This document shows, one piece after another, positions 1 to 13,646 of a DNA stretch of 64,000 nt (its first letter is position 1; each line of letters starts with the position of its first letter). Under the pieces are notes generated by a model. That model was not told the DNA's origin. It ran no database searches and worked only from the letters and a program-made list of their open reading frames with translations. The position numbers and the translations under genes are program-made. This DNA is from Camelus ferus (taxonomy: Eukaryota), in the NCBI RefSeq assembly GCF_009834535.1, contig NC_045697.1, forward strand, positions 68,016,001 to 68,080,000. Direction: 5' to 3'.

Positions 1-79
1 TGTAATACGCCCTGTGCTTTCACATAGTGGACACTGATGAAGTTCTTTCCCATCCTCTGCCTCCATTAACACCACTATT

Positions 80-340
80 ATTCCTAGACCCAATTCAATG
101 CTACTTCTCCTATGAAACTTTTTCTAGTAACCCACTCCACTTAGCTGGAATGAATTATTCTAGGTTCCTGACTGTGCGTGATTTGATCTCATTTTAATAC
201 ATTTCATCCTGTATTCCCTTATAATTTGCTATTAAATTTTCGACTACCTCACCTAGACTGCAGTTCCATGAATGAATACTATAATCTGTTCTGGCGTACC
301 ATCAGGGCATTCTGTAGCTAACCTGTCCATGAATGCATAA
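80..340 (+). mobile_element. L2 LINE 3' end fragment (highly decayed)
   Basis: Resembles the L2 3' consensus (ctacttctcctatgaaactttttct...cacctagactgcagttccatgaa...catgaatgcat). Confidence 0.5.
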
Positions 341-624
341 TTCAGTTCCACTAGACAACCTGGACTTTTGATGCCTACCAAGAGCATCCTATCTGAATGC
401 CTCCTCTCAGAAAGTTCTACACATACTTCCAAAGTCTGGTTTGCTTCCCAGAACTAGATTTATTCAAATTTTATTCTCAATCACTTACAAGGCAGCAGGC
501 ACAGAATTTTAAATGTTACATTTATTTGCTCTATTTTACTAAATTTTAATTTTTTTATTGATTTATTCAACATTTAAAAATGCTTGTGTACTTAATTTTA
601 CTCTTTAAAAATTCTCTTTAGCTT

Positions 625-742
625 TATCCAAATGGAAAAAAAAAATTACAGAAGTCAATTTGCTTAAGTCCACAGGTCAATGAGGGAAAAGTTAAAAATA
701 TGTGAACCCCTTTTATTTAATTCCAAAGCCCGGACTTTGACT
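625..742 (-). mobile_element. MIR-family SINE fragment
   Basis: Antisense MIR core-like sequence (caaatggaaaa...tttgcttaagtccacagg...ttccaaagcccggacttt). Confidence 0.45.
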
Positions 743-2114
743 CTTCCCCTTCTCTTGAATAGTCACCTCCTTCCTTTCTCCCTTAACCTCTTTGCTCTAA
801 GGAGTGTCCCCCCAACACAGTAGGAGCTCTGTAAATATTTGCTGAATTGACTATAACTTTTTGTGGATGCTAGTAGTTTTGTCATGAAAATGCTGGGAGG
901 CAGGGAAGGTTAATTGAATATGAGTCTCAAGTTGTCTGTGCTATGTCTCTTCTCAGTATTAGCTGGCAAACTGCATTTTTCTCTGTTCTCAACTGCCTCT
1001 TATAACCAGCCACATGGGGCCTGCAAAGCTTAGGGCAAAGTCAAATAACACAGTCAACCCATTCCAGGGAGGCTCTGGCAGAAATTTACAGTGCTGAGGT
1101 GCTAGGAAAGAGGTCACAGAGCTGGAGGAAAGAAGAAAACTGGCATCAAGCAGAGTAATACAAGCGCAGGGCTGGATGATAAGAATGCAACCTCTGTAAC
1201 TTCCAGGACTGGATTATTTACAGCATGTGTGAAAAACATATGTGTTTTCTAAGAGATTTATTGAAGTCTGACAAATAAGAAAAAGCACAGTGGTGGAAAG
1301 GTGTCTTTATACCTTTGTCACTTTATAGAACTTTATTACAACTTGTCTTTTTACTTAACTTTATATAATGTAATCAGCAATACTGGAATTAATGATCAAA
1401 TAGTGAAAGTGGTTCAGAGACAAAACCGGCTAATTCCTCTGTATAACCAGACAAAATAATGTTATAGAGCAGTGTTTAAATTTTTTGTCAGCCAAGATTT
1501 CATAACTGATCCACCTGTTAAATGGATACAAAATTATTTCTTACATTAAAATAAGATTATGTCAGATTTATATTGTTTTAAAGATGAGTAATCGCTTCCA
1601 TTTTAAAAGAAATCTTATGCTCCAAAACTGTTTACATGATTACTTTCTCTGTGGGTATACTGACTATGATAAAAGCAGAGAAAAATGGTTGAATATTACT
1701 TACACCTGAGATCATGAAGTAGAAGAAAACTTCTAATTACAGTCATATGTAGAATTAACACAAAGCTTCAGCATTAGGTAAACTTCAAACACTACATCCT
1801 TATGCCATTGACACTATGCTTACTCATCTGTGACTTGTTCAGTCCAAATTCCAAGGAAAAGTATGTATTTTTTCATTATCCTTACACAGTAACACATTAA
1901 TTGACCTTAGTATATATTCTGTTCTCCCAACTCAGTTCAAGTGATCCTCTCCAATTCATCCTTAGATTTGTATCCCTGATGTCACTTATTCTAAGAACCT
2001 CTTTCCAGTTACCCCATGATAACAAATTATGTTAAGTAAAAATCTGAATACTTTAATCTGAAGCCCTCTAGCTAAGAAAATTTTTAGCTATCCAATAAAA
2101 TTTTGTTATTTTGC

Positions 2115-2408
2115 AGGCCATTACTTAATGTGGATTTATCTAATGGTATCCTCATGATTAGATCAAGTTAAATGTTTTTATCAGAAATAGTGATGATGTA
2201 TCCTTCTCTGTGCAACAACATATCAGGAGGCATATGGTGTATAATTATTCAACTTTTGGCAATGAAAAATTTGATCACTTGATCAAAGTGTTATCCTCTT
2301 GATTTCTCCATCATAAAGGTACCTTTCCCCCTTGTAATGAGAAACAATTTGTGCAGTGATTCTTTGAACTGGGTAAACATCCTTTTTCCCACTAAACTTT
2401 ATCCAATG
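2115..2408 (-). mobile_element. Old L1 3'UTR (L1MC4/L1MC5-like), left part
   Basis: Matches the recalled L1MC 3' end (ctcatgattagatcaagttaaatg...tttgatcacttgatcaaagtg...ccactaaactttatccaatg); continues collinearly at ~4873. Confidence 0.7.
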
Positions 2409-2409
2409 T

Positions 2410-4870
2410 TTTCTTTTAAGTAAAAGTTTTATCCTAGAATAGTTTTACATTTACAGAAAAGCATAAAGATAATACAGATAGCTCTCATGTTTACCATAAC
2501 TAGGTTCCCTGTTTTTTAACATCTTACACTGGATGACATATTTGTCACAATTAAAGAGCTAATACTGATGTATTGTTATTAAATAAGGTCCATATTTTTT
2601 TGGACTGTTTTCTTTTTATCTAATGTTATTTTTCTAATCCAGGAACCCATCCACGATATCACATTACATTTAGTTGTGTCTCCTTAGACTTCTCTAGATG
2701 GTGACAGTTTCTCATACTTTTCTTGTATGGCAAGACAGTTGACTTGACAGTTGTGAGGAGAACTAATCAGGTATTTTATAGAATATCTCCCAGTTTCAGT
2801 TTGGCTGATTTTTTTCCTTATGATTAGATTGGAATAATGGGCTTTGGGAAAGAAAAGCCACAGAGGTAGAGTGCCATTTGCATCACTATCAGATGTGCAC
2901 GCTACCAACGTGACTTACAACTGCAAATATTAACCTTGATCACCTGGCAAGGATGGTGTTTGTCATGTTTCACTCTGTAAAGTTCCTCCTTTTCTTTCTT
3001 CCTATACTCTACTCTTTGGAAGGAAATCACTATGGGCAGCTCACACTTAAGTAATGGGGTTCAATGTTCCACCTCCTAAAGTAAGCATATCTTCATAAAT
3101 TATTTTTAATTCTGTGTGGAGACTTGTTTATTCTTCCCACTTCATGTATTTATTCAATCATTTATTTGTATCAGTATGGACTTAGAGATATTTATTTTAC
3201 TCTACATTATAGTTCATTTCTACATTATTTATTTCGTTGCTCAAATTGTTCCAGCTTTGGTCAATAAGAGCTAGTTAACTTGTGCTTCTCTGATATATTC
3301 TATTGGTTTGTTTTTAAGCACTCCCTTACTTTCTGGTACAAGGTACTCCAGGCTTATCTTGGATCTTTCTTGTCCCAGCCTTGTAATCCATTTCTCCAAA
3401 GAGCTATCCTTCCTTCCACTAGAAGCCAAGATTTGGGTTCTGGATGTTTTTATAACTACTGGGGTGTCATTGCTTTATGTTTTTTTCAGAATACAGAGCT
3501 TAGAAATATATCTATGTGTATATATATTATAATAATAATCTATTAATAGCTTAATAATCTTATGTCATATATTATATAGATACATGTGGTGTATAAACCC
3601 ATATTTATAATTACTTATACATCTCATCTACATCCATTTGTGTCAATATTAAGCCAAACATGAATTCATACTGATGTCTCCAACTTAGTCAGTATTAAAT
3701 GATTCATTCTAACCAGAGCCTTGCTCTCTTGCTTATTTATAACCTCTCACTACAACAATGAGAAGCCTGGCTCCCAATGTCCATAATTCATTTGTGTATT
3801 TGTTCAGTCTCAGTATACAAGAACAGTGGTTTCAGATTGGCTAACTCATAGACCTATGAGAAACAACTTCACCAACTGCAGTACAGTGCTTATGTACCAT
3901 TCCTTTTGTCTTTAGTCTTAAACAGTCTCCACTTGTTAAAAGTCACTTGGGTCAGCATGTTCTTTCTCCACCTCCTTCAGTGATGCCATACATTTTTAAC
4001 ACAACAGATTATTTTAGCAACATTTGCATTTCATCTTGGGAGTCCCCTGACCTCCTAATTTAAATGTACATACTGAGTTTCATTCTTTGGTTGTAAAATT
4101 CTACTGATTTGACAAATCCATGGTGTAACGTGTCTACCACTATACTATCATACTAAGTAGTTTCACATCCTTGAAATTAAATTCCCTCTGCTTCATCTAT
4201 TTAATCCTCCCCAAATTCCCTGGCAACCACTGATATGTTTTCCATCTTTATATTTTTGCCTTTTCCAAAATTTCATAGAAATGTAATGATATAATATATG
4301 ACCTTTACATGCAGGCTTCTTTCATTTAGTAATGAGCATTTAAGATTCATCCATATTGTTGCATCCATCCCTCTTTATCAATGAATTGTGCTCCATTGTA
4401 TGAAGGTACGATGCGGATTTTATCCATTTATCTTTTGACGGACATCTTGGCTGCTTCCATTTTTAGTGATAACTACTATAAATACTTGCATGTAGAATTT
4501 TGGTAAACATAAGTTTTCAAATCAGTTGGATAAATGCAAGTGCAATTGTTGGACTATGTTTAGTTTTATAAGAAACTGCCAAATTGCATTCCCACAAGCA
4601 ATAAATGAGATTTCCTGTTGCTCCACATCTTTGCCAGTAATTGAAACTTTTTTTAAGCTATTCTAACAAGTATGTAGTAATATCTGATTGCTATTACAGG
4701 GAAATATATACAAGACCTTATGGTAGCTCACAGAGAAGAAAATGTGACAATGAATATATATATGTTCATGTATAACTGAAAAATTGTGCTCTATACTGGA
4801 ATTTGACACATTGTAAAATTATTATAAATCAATAAAAAATGTTTAAAAAAATCTGATTGCTATTTTATTC
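2410..4870 (-). mobile_element. L1 3' portion (L1MC/L1MD-like) inserted into the older L1
   Basis: Begins with an antisense L1 tail (ttttatcctagaatagttttacatttacagaaaag), then a long 3'UTR and antisense ORF2 C-terminus (ctggcaaccactgat...gacatcttggctgcttcca...gttgctccacatctttgccag). Confidence 0.8.
4696..4850 (+). mobile_element. Young 5'-truncated camelid-type L1 3' tail with perfect 14-bp TSD
   Basis: ATCTGATTGCTATT at 4682-4695 and 4851-4864 flanks acagggaaatatatacaagacc...caataaaaaatgtttaaaaaa (AATAAA plus A-tail). Confidence 0.9.
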
Positions 4871-4872
4871 CA

Positions 4873-5190
4873 GCAATAGTTTTGTCATTCGTTGATGATC
4901 TTTTTCTAAATTATTTATTAAATTGGTAGTTCCAAAATAGCAGTATTTTAATTCTATAATTCATTGCTGTTGTTATTATCATTATTATTACTACTACTAC
5001 TAATACTACTAAGGCCTTCTGTTAAAAAAGAGTGCCCTCACCTCTTTTTTTAGTACTTCCCATTAGACTCATCAATGCCTTTATTTTAAATTATACTATT
5101 GTCATTATATTACTTATTTTGATGCTTAAATTATCCCCAAATTTGGCATATAAGAGCCTATTTATGCTTACTCCTCTTGCTTTTGACATT
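4873..5190 (-). mobile_element. Old L1 3'UTR (L1MC4/L1MC5-like), right part
   Basis: Resumes the consensus of 2115-2408 (caatagttttgtcattcgttgatgatc...ttttgatgcttaaattatccccaaatttggc...cttttgacat). Confidence 0.7.
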
Positions 5191-5254
5191 TATAGCACTG
5201 ACAGGTTTCTAAACAAATAAATAAATAAAATAAGGAATGAAATAAAAATGTGTA

Positions 5255-6045
5255 GGGGGAAAAGTCAGAATACAGAGTTGATACAATATGTTAACCTAAA
5301 ATGGCTACTTTCAACAAAAACTCACAAGGCATATAAACAAACAGTCAAGTGTGACTCATACTCAGAAAAAAAAAGACACTGTCTATAAGAACGGCCGGAT
5401 GTTGGATTTAGCAGAATAATATTCCAAAGCAGCTCTTTCAACTATGTTCAAAGAACTAAAGGAAATGATGTTTCAAAAATTAAAATATGATGACAGTGAC
5501 TCAGCAAATAGGGAATCTGAGTAAACACATAAAAATATAAGAAAAAAGATCCAAATGGAAATTCCAGGATTGAAAAATATGATAAATGAAATGGAAAACT
5601 TACTCGCTGGGCTCAGTAGCATATTCAACACAACAGAAAAACAAATAAACAAATTTGAAGATTGATCAATGGAAATTGTTCAAGCCTAAGAATAGAGAGA
5701 AACAAAGATTTAAGAAAAATAAACAGAAGCTCAGAAACCTGTGAGAAAATATCAAGCAAGCCAACATGGAGTAATGTGACTACCAGATAGAAATAAGATA
5801 AAGGTGTAGAAAAATATTTGAAGAATAGGGGTCAAAAATTTCCCACATTTGATGTCATAAATATCAATTTACAGATCCAACAAGCTCAACAAGTCCCATT
5901 AAAGATAAACACAAAGATATCTAAACCTAGATACATCAAAGTTAAACTGCTGAAAGACAAAGAAATTTGTGTACAGAGAAACAAAATTACATTAAATAAA
6001 TGATTTTGCATTACAAACAATGAAGGCCAGAAAGCAATGGGATTC
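5255..6045 (+). mobile_element. L1 ORF1 region, decayed
   Basis: ORF 5818-6003 (KFPTFDVININLQIQQAQQVPLKINTKISKPRYIKVKLLKDKE) and MKARKQWD at 6020 resemble L1 ORF1p RRM/CTD motifs; multiple stops and frameshifts. Confidence 0.85.
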
Positions 6046-6609
6046 ACTTTTCCTATGTATTTCACAGATGTCTGAGCCAGAAGTTTCATTGTTTCCACTA
6101 AAGATTTTTACATTGAATGCCTTCTACCTTTTTTTGTCTAAAATTCTCAATCTCTCTCAAACAAATATATTATTCAGCATTCTGATTTTCTTTTATTCTT
6201 CATGCATTTACTTTTGAGTTTTAGTAATTTTCTTTCACCTCCCTTTAGACAGTCAATGAATTCTAGATACCCCTCTTCATTGTTAGTGAGAAACTGGAAC
6301 TAGTTAAATATTTAGCATACTCTTTTTAGTACAAAGAATGGTTGTACTGTTTGCCAATTTCTTTAGAAGGAAAGTAAATTTAAAAAAAAATGTTGGGTTC
6401 TAAAGTAAAGAGCACCTTTGAATTATTTTTGGGTGAGTGATATTTCAAGACTTTTATAATTTTGAGATTTCTTGATCCTAGTGGAGAAAAAGTCATCTGA
6501 CAGATTTCAGTCCACCCATCCAACCATCACTGAACTTTAGTTTTACTAAACAGAGCACCCTTTAAGATGTTTTACTTCCAGAGCACCAGCCTCAATATAA
6601 GTCTTAACC

Positions 6610-7400
6610 TAATTAACATTTCTGTATCAATGTTTGTAAGGGACTGAAGATACAAGTTTTTGGCAGCTCAATAACAGTGGGAAGGTCTGAAAAAATGTTG
6701 ATGATATACAGGAAAATCAGTCACTAGAGTGGCTATCATGAGTCAGGCTTTTAGGACTGCCAGCTGGCTATTTCTGTGATTCTTTAATACCTTTTAACTC
6801 AGCTCAGGCCACAGCATTCAGGTACTCTCTCCTACATGCTTCCATCCTTATCTCAAACCACAAAAATTCTGTTTAAGACAGACTGAGGTATGAATCACAG
6901 TACTGACTAGAGTCAGTAAATCTCTATTTTATTTGTTAGCCAGAACTCAACCTCTGCCTTCTCAGTGCAATAAGTAAGTCTTTCCAGGCTGCCATTACTT
7001 GACAAGTAGAAGCTCGAGATGAGAAAACCTGGATTTAGTTTTGTAAATGTTATCTTTTAATAACACTATATTTGAATAGTAAGTACATTTTCAAAGTCCA
7101 GGAATCAAATAGGCTAACATTATGGTGATAATTTTGAAATATGGATTTTAGCCTATGTGGCAATTTAGTTGCTAGTTAGAAGCAAATCCTGTCTTGCAGC
7201 AATAGGGTTAGTCAGTATTTCTCTAAATTCAATATGAGCTATTGACTCATGGCTGCAACACTACGAGGGCTTGCTGAAAGAGCAAGGGTTTCTAGCTAAG
7301 GTAATTCTGAACAATAAAATTGTATGGGAAAAAAAAAAGCTGCTAAGAGAACAAATTCATTTAACTCACACTGAACCAGACTACTAGGAACTTGGAAAAC
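6610..7400 (+). mobile_element. L3/CR1 LINE fragments (discontinuous)
   Basis: ttaacatttctgtatcaatg...cagtgggaagg...tgttgatgata (~6612-6706) and taaattcaatatgagc...atggctgcaa (~7224-7258) resemble the L3 RT-region consensus. Confidence 0.4.
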
Positions 7401-7905
7401 TGTAAACTTGTTTAATAGCTGTTTAGTTTTAAATAGGAGGGAAGCCATGCTGTTAAAATGATCTCTTTTCTATTGTTTCCAAAACAGTCCAGCTATGTGT
7501 TGTAATAAGTTCACTGGCAATATTCTTCTGAACAAGAACATATGATCTTATATATAATCAGACCTTGAGTCTTAATAATGACAAAGGATTTATGACATTA
7601 GTAGAGGCTACATCTTTTCAGGCCCTAAACTCTTCTGTATACCTTTTATTTTCTCTATGGCTTTTTGGATATATCTGCCCACCACTAACATTTCTTATGA
7701 AAGGTAGATAAGGTAGATAGTAAGTTATCAAATAGGTAAAAGTTGCCTCCAATATGTCAAGCTTCTCAAATGCATTGCAGTTTTCCCTTCACAGCTCATG
7801 TCCACTCAGCATTCATTTTCATTCCTTGTCTGGCCCTCAAAATTTCTAAAATCTTCCTTTCTTATCCTAATTTTTGACACCAAGATAAAAAATAAATAAA
7901 TAAAG

Positions 7906-7941
7906 CATAGTATTTGCATTTTCATAGTATTTGCATTTTCA
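7906..7941. repeat. Perfect 17-bp tandem duplication (CATAGTATTTGCATTTT x2)
   Basis: Read directly: copies at 7906-7922 and 7923-7939. Confidence 0.95.
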
Positions 7942-8469
7942 CAATTAACTACATTTTAACCAAGATGTATGATACTCACCATAGATTCTGAATTTGAAAT
8001 AAATTTCCAGGCTAGTGCTTCTCAATGCAGAGATGCGAGTAAAACGAAGTCTCCAGGGCAGGATGTGTGTGAGCGAGGGTGAGAAGGGACTGACCAGGCA
8101 TGAATATTTTGAAGCACACCTTGCATACTTGTGAAATGTTCTTCCATACCGCTCTTTATTAGTGAGAAACACTCAGCTAAGTTTCTGCCTCCTTGACCCA
8201 TCCCTAAAACCAACTTGAATCAATGCCATCAATCTTCAACTTGCTGCCTGCCACCACTGCGCTTCACCTCCCATTCCCAGATTCTGTTCCAGATCATGAT
8301 GAATCTTTGCCAGGTGAATTCCAGTAACTAGCATGAGATGTGAAGTTGATTCAAATAATAAGCGTTTTAAGAGAAGGGACTTCCTTCACTGTCTGATACA
8401 ATACATTCCTTTAAGACAATTCTGATGAGGCTCCAACGTTGATTTCTTTCCCTTCAGATGCAGTTTACA

Positions 8470-8640
8470 GCAATGTTTCTGAACCTTCAGTGTACATTAG
8501 AATCATTTTGAGAGCTTTTAAAAACATCAATGTCTGGCCTTAACCCAGAGATCTTCATTTAATTGATTTAGGAATGGGTCTGGACTTTGATTGTTTTTAA
8601 GTTTCCAGATTCTAATATACAGCTAAAGTCTAGAATACTG
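8470..8640. mobile_element. MER5-type hAT-Charlie non-autonomous DNA transposon
   Basis: tgtacattagaatcattttgagagcttttaaaaacatcaatgtctggcc...ccagattctaatatacagctaaagtctagaatactg fits the MER5A/B layout. Confidence 0.75.
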
Positions 8641-9107
8641 AGGCGCCAAAAAGGCCGTAAGAAAAAGAATATGTTACTTCATTATATTTTGAATGGCAAT
8701 GTATATTTGTTTTGTCATATTCTTCTTAAAACTTATTCATACATGATCTTCTCCTTTTATTCTCAAAATGTAATATATGAAGGTGATTTGAAGTTTTACA
8801 TCAAGAGAAAAAAGTTAATTGACTAAATTAGGTCCCAAAGGTAGTTAATGCCAGCTGTTAAAATCCAAAACAGTATTATGTCCTGTAACCCAAGATTTTT
8901 GTTTTTAAAGAAACATGTTTTCCTAAAGAGACTTCTGTTGAATACTGATCCTATAAGATGTCACTTAAAAAAATATATATTGGCCAAATGAGCTTGGAAA
9001 AGTTTTTAGAACATATCCTAATTTTGAATATTTTAAATAAAATTAGTTATTTTTAAATGCTCTTGGAGGTCCTATAATGAACGAAATCATTTGAAGTGAT
9101 TAATCCT

Positions 9108-9207
9108 GCTTTTTCTTAACTTACTTGACTATGGACTAAGTTTTATGGTAACATAGTAATATCTTGTAAATTTTAATCTTTACCCAAACATGCACTGAAA
9201 ATCACTG
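9108..9207. mobile_element. MER103-like hAT fragment
   Basis: ttcttaacttacttgactatgga...ggtaacatagtaatatcttg...aaaatcactg resembles the MER103C end. Confidence 0.4.
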
Positions 9208-12200
9208 TACTGTTATATGCCCTACATACATATATATAATAAACCACATTAAAGAATCCTAGTAAAATCCTCTAAATTAATGATATTTCCTGAAATCCAG
9301 AATGCTAGAAAAGAATGTCTAACCCTCTTACTATAAAAGGATTTACTGTAAGTTCAACAATAATACTTTAATAATGTCCTTTAACATGTGGAAAGGACTA
9401 CAAATCTATCAGATATACTATCTAGTGCTAATAAACTGGTTTAAAGTGTAATTGTAATAGAAAAGAAAATCTTTTGAGTTGAGCTTTTTATATTAGATGG
9501 AATATAATGGATTAGCAAATATTTATTTCTCTATATATTTCATGTAGAGACTAATTGACTTTACCAATTTCTATTTAAGATAGTTACAATTTAAGTACAT
9601 TTTCTGGCAATTCAGAGTTTTCCAATATATTGACTTTAAAATATTACTTTAAAGCTTCAAGCATTACTCTTCAGAGGAATTCATGAATCATACAACTAAA
9701 ATGCAAATGCCCCCTCTTTTTGCAATGAAAGCATTTGGAGTAGTGATTCACATATTGTCCTTCATCTAATAAAAAGACCCTATTGATTCAGATTTGTTAA
9801 GCACGCATTTACTTGGAGACCGCTGGTTTTTGTGTGTTCTAAAGATGGTTACTTAAACATACACTCATCCTACACACTCAAGGGGTTTATATTTTATTAA
9901 CCATTTATGTTTATTGGTTACACTATGAGTTTAAATGCATATTCTGTATATGTGAAGTTTTTCTCTTTTAGATTTAGTTTTTGGTCTTGCTCTCATTTTT
10001 TAAGATAGTGACTGATGCCATAATACATGGCTAAGTCTATACATGTAGAGATCATCTAGTTTGAGTAATTTCTAGTATTTAAAATCAAATGACTTTTCTT
10101 TATTATTCTATGAGCTTCTAGATTTTCTGTCATCAATTCAAAACAATGCTTTTTTTATATCTCTAATGGCAAAATTAGAAAATTATGATTTATAATAAAA
10201 TAATAACATTCAAAGGAACACTGAAACCTTGCTGTAGACTATCTAATATTGGCTATGTATAATTTTGTAAGTATATTTTAAAACAATCAGTATTGGCTGT
10301 TATACTCTATTCCTCTTATATTTGTTTATTATAGATAGAAAATTTCATGTGTTAAGTGAGTTTTTCTTAGTAGAGTTATATTCATCTAAACAGTCAGCAA
10401 TCAATTTAAAAGATAACAGAAATTTTGTGAGGAAAAAAAAGCAGGCTGTAAATAGACAAATAATATTTAAAAGCTATTGGTAATTCTTGTCATGTTATCT
10501 TCTATTTTTAGGACCCTAAAGTAAGCTCACTGAAATGAAACAATAAAGTACAATGTCATGTTTCTTTTCCTTGGACACTTTAAACCGCAGGAGGGATTCA
10601 AATGATTGTCAGGTGGCTTTTGTTGCTGCCGAATACCAAAGAAGTAAAGAATTGTAATTTAAGCTAAATTTGGTTTATAGAGGCCTAGTCCAAAAATTCT
10701 GAAACCACATTTTCTTTTGCTATACATCTAATTTCAGTATCTTCCTCAGTTGCCTCTGATTTTCTTTTAAAGCTGGCAGATTCAATGGTACTGAATTTAA
10801 AGCCTCTTCATTAGGTGGCTGATGTAAGTATATTCACCGATTCCTTTTTTTGGTCATAAAACATGATACTTTTAAAAGATACCCAGGAACCTGAAGGCTT
10901 ATATAATTATCCCCATTACTGAGTTACATCAATCATCTATGTAGTGATTTATTTACCTTTTATTTGCTTCAGTTATTACTCTGAAAATATTAATTAGTCA
11001 TCATATCAACAACATATCAAAGAAAATACATTAATGCCAAAATGTGGTCTTTCATTCACTAAAAATCTTTCTGATATAAATTTACCTGACTATAGACATG
11101 GGAATCCTTTTATTGAAAGAGAGTTTAGCCAGGAATTCTAGAACTGAATTTTCCAATATCTATGTGCCACTGAAATTGTCATTTCATTTTTTTCTAGTAG
11201 TAAGTTCTTTCATTTGTAAAATGAAGGAGTAGGATTTAGTGATCATTGAGGTCTTTTTCTAAAAGGTATAGTATAAACTCAGCATTCAATAGAAAATATG
11301 AATTTAAAATACATAAGAAAAATCCATTTTTAGTTCCAATTTAGAACTAACAGATTCCAGCAAGATGTTACTTATCAGAAAGAAATTTCTAAGATATCTG
11401 TAGCCAGATATAAGCCAGTAGTTTTGTCTTATGGAGAATAATTATGTTTACATAATGCTCATGTGTTTGAACAGCAAAGCTAATGTACAGCAATACTCCA
11501 TTCATCATTTATTAGGAATATTTTCAACAGATTATTTGTTTCTACCTGGGAATTTGGGAATTTTATTCAAATAAATTCATCATAAACTCTGTATTCGTAT
11601 ACTGACAATCATAGCTTTACATAGTCTGTTTTTGTATAAGAAATGGAAAATACTTAATGTTGGTGGAAGAGTTTGCCTTATAGGGAAAATTGAGTAGATA
11701 TTCATTTAGAGGAACATTTAAAAATTTAATTTTGTCTTTTAACATATTGAAATTCCTAATTTCTGACTCAATGTCACAATTTTTCAAAGATTGTTAGTAT
11801 AGTAGGAAGAGGCTACGTACATGTACACACACACTCATGCACTAACACACCTGCTAAATATTCCAAGTTTGTTTAGCTAAATGAAAAACTCAACAAAACC
11901 CAAAGATGTTACCAGAGTTGGTACAGAAGTAGCCTATGTATCCTAGTGATTCTTTTCTCCTGCCCTGTTCTGTTCTATTCCCTGCCAGTAATACATTTCA
12001 CTAATGGGCTTTTGGACAAGAGCTGGGAAAGAAATCACATGTTCTTGCACCACTCATCTTTTATACTGGGGTTTTCATCAACATTCCACTAACAATCTAA
12101 CTGCTAATCTTAAAAAAAAAATTCCCTTAAAAGGTTTCCCTTATTCTTAAAACAAAATCAAGATTAGCAAGACCAGAGCATTTGTTAAGAAAAATGTTCC

Positions 12201-13646
12201 TCTAGCTTTCAAGATTCTGGAAACACTCTTACTATAGATAGTACTACATAGTTAATTTTAAGAAAATGAGCCTCTTAACATTGATTAAAACTTATAAGAT
12301 AATTAAAAAGTGCACATTTTATTCTCCTTTTATCTATATACTTCCCAAATATAGTTTCTGTCTTTTAGGCATATTAGATTTGGAAGAGCTAAAAGAAAAA
12401 CAAAAATTCTTTAGGTAAATTGACAAATATATGCAACCTGGGGGATGTTTCTAGGTACTCACAACATTGCTAGGAAGTCTGTAATGATAAGTTCCTTCTA
12501 TATTTTTAACATATACTATTTTGTTCGGTATTCATTTATAAGATTTTTAAAATAGTCTTTATATTCCTACAAATAAATCCTGTTAATGTGCTTGTATGTA
12601 ATGGGAACTATATAAAATTAATTAATTCTTGTCTGAGATGGGGATTATTTGGTCACATCTGAGACATACAACCCTAAAGTTATATGCATTTTTTGCATTT
12701 GTTAATCAATTAATTCATCCATGCATTATATTTTCATGGAGCACATAGTGTCCACAAAGCACTTTCACCCCCATTATACCAATGGCTCTGAGATAAACTG
12801 TATGAAAGTCCAACTCTGTGAGCTCTCATGAGCCACAGAAAATTCTAGGAGTTGTAGTGACTTAAACCACAATGGGGAACTTAGGCCACAATGCCCAAGG
12901 CAACTACACCTATCTACTAGGTCTGTGACTCTACTTCAGTTTTTCCTTTTGTTGGGGGGAGGGGAGGATGGGGGACCATGAATTCTTTTTTTCCTTAATC
13001 ACGAATCTCCTTCCACTTATTCATATATTCATTTCTGACCCCCTATTTCTAGCCACGGTGACATTGTTGTTCTGTCCTATTTATAGATGATAATCTTTAA
13101 TTAGCTCTATTTTTGTACATCTTGGTATTTATAATAAGTAGTTTGTTGCCCTACTTTTGTAACTACTTTACCTTAAAATGTTCTTCAGCTGCTAAACCTC
13201 ATTATCTTTCAGAATTCAGTTCTTTTTCTTTCCTTGTTTCTTTATTTTTTCCTTCTTCCTTTTCCCATTCCCTCCCTACTGTGATATGTTTTGCTTCAGA
13301 AATGTCTTGCTGACAAAAATGCCACGTTGAGAAACAAATGAAAAATAATCACTCACTTTTATTTTTTACAGGTTTTGGACAAAAATAAGAATTCTACAAT
13401 AAAAACAGAAGACAGACTCAATTTTATCCATCCTGATCATTACTACACTATTACAGTACAGATATGAAGCCTGATCTGCCCATCAGATTATATAATTTCC
13501 AATTTAATTTTAGAAGATCTTAGTGGATTTTTAAACTAAACTATATCAAATGAAGCTGAAAAATAATTTTGAAACATGGTAGAGTCCTTTCTCTTCCTGG
13601 CTTCCACACAAATAAGGGTGTGATTCTACTTTAAAAGAACTTTAAT

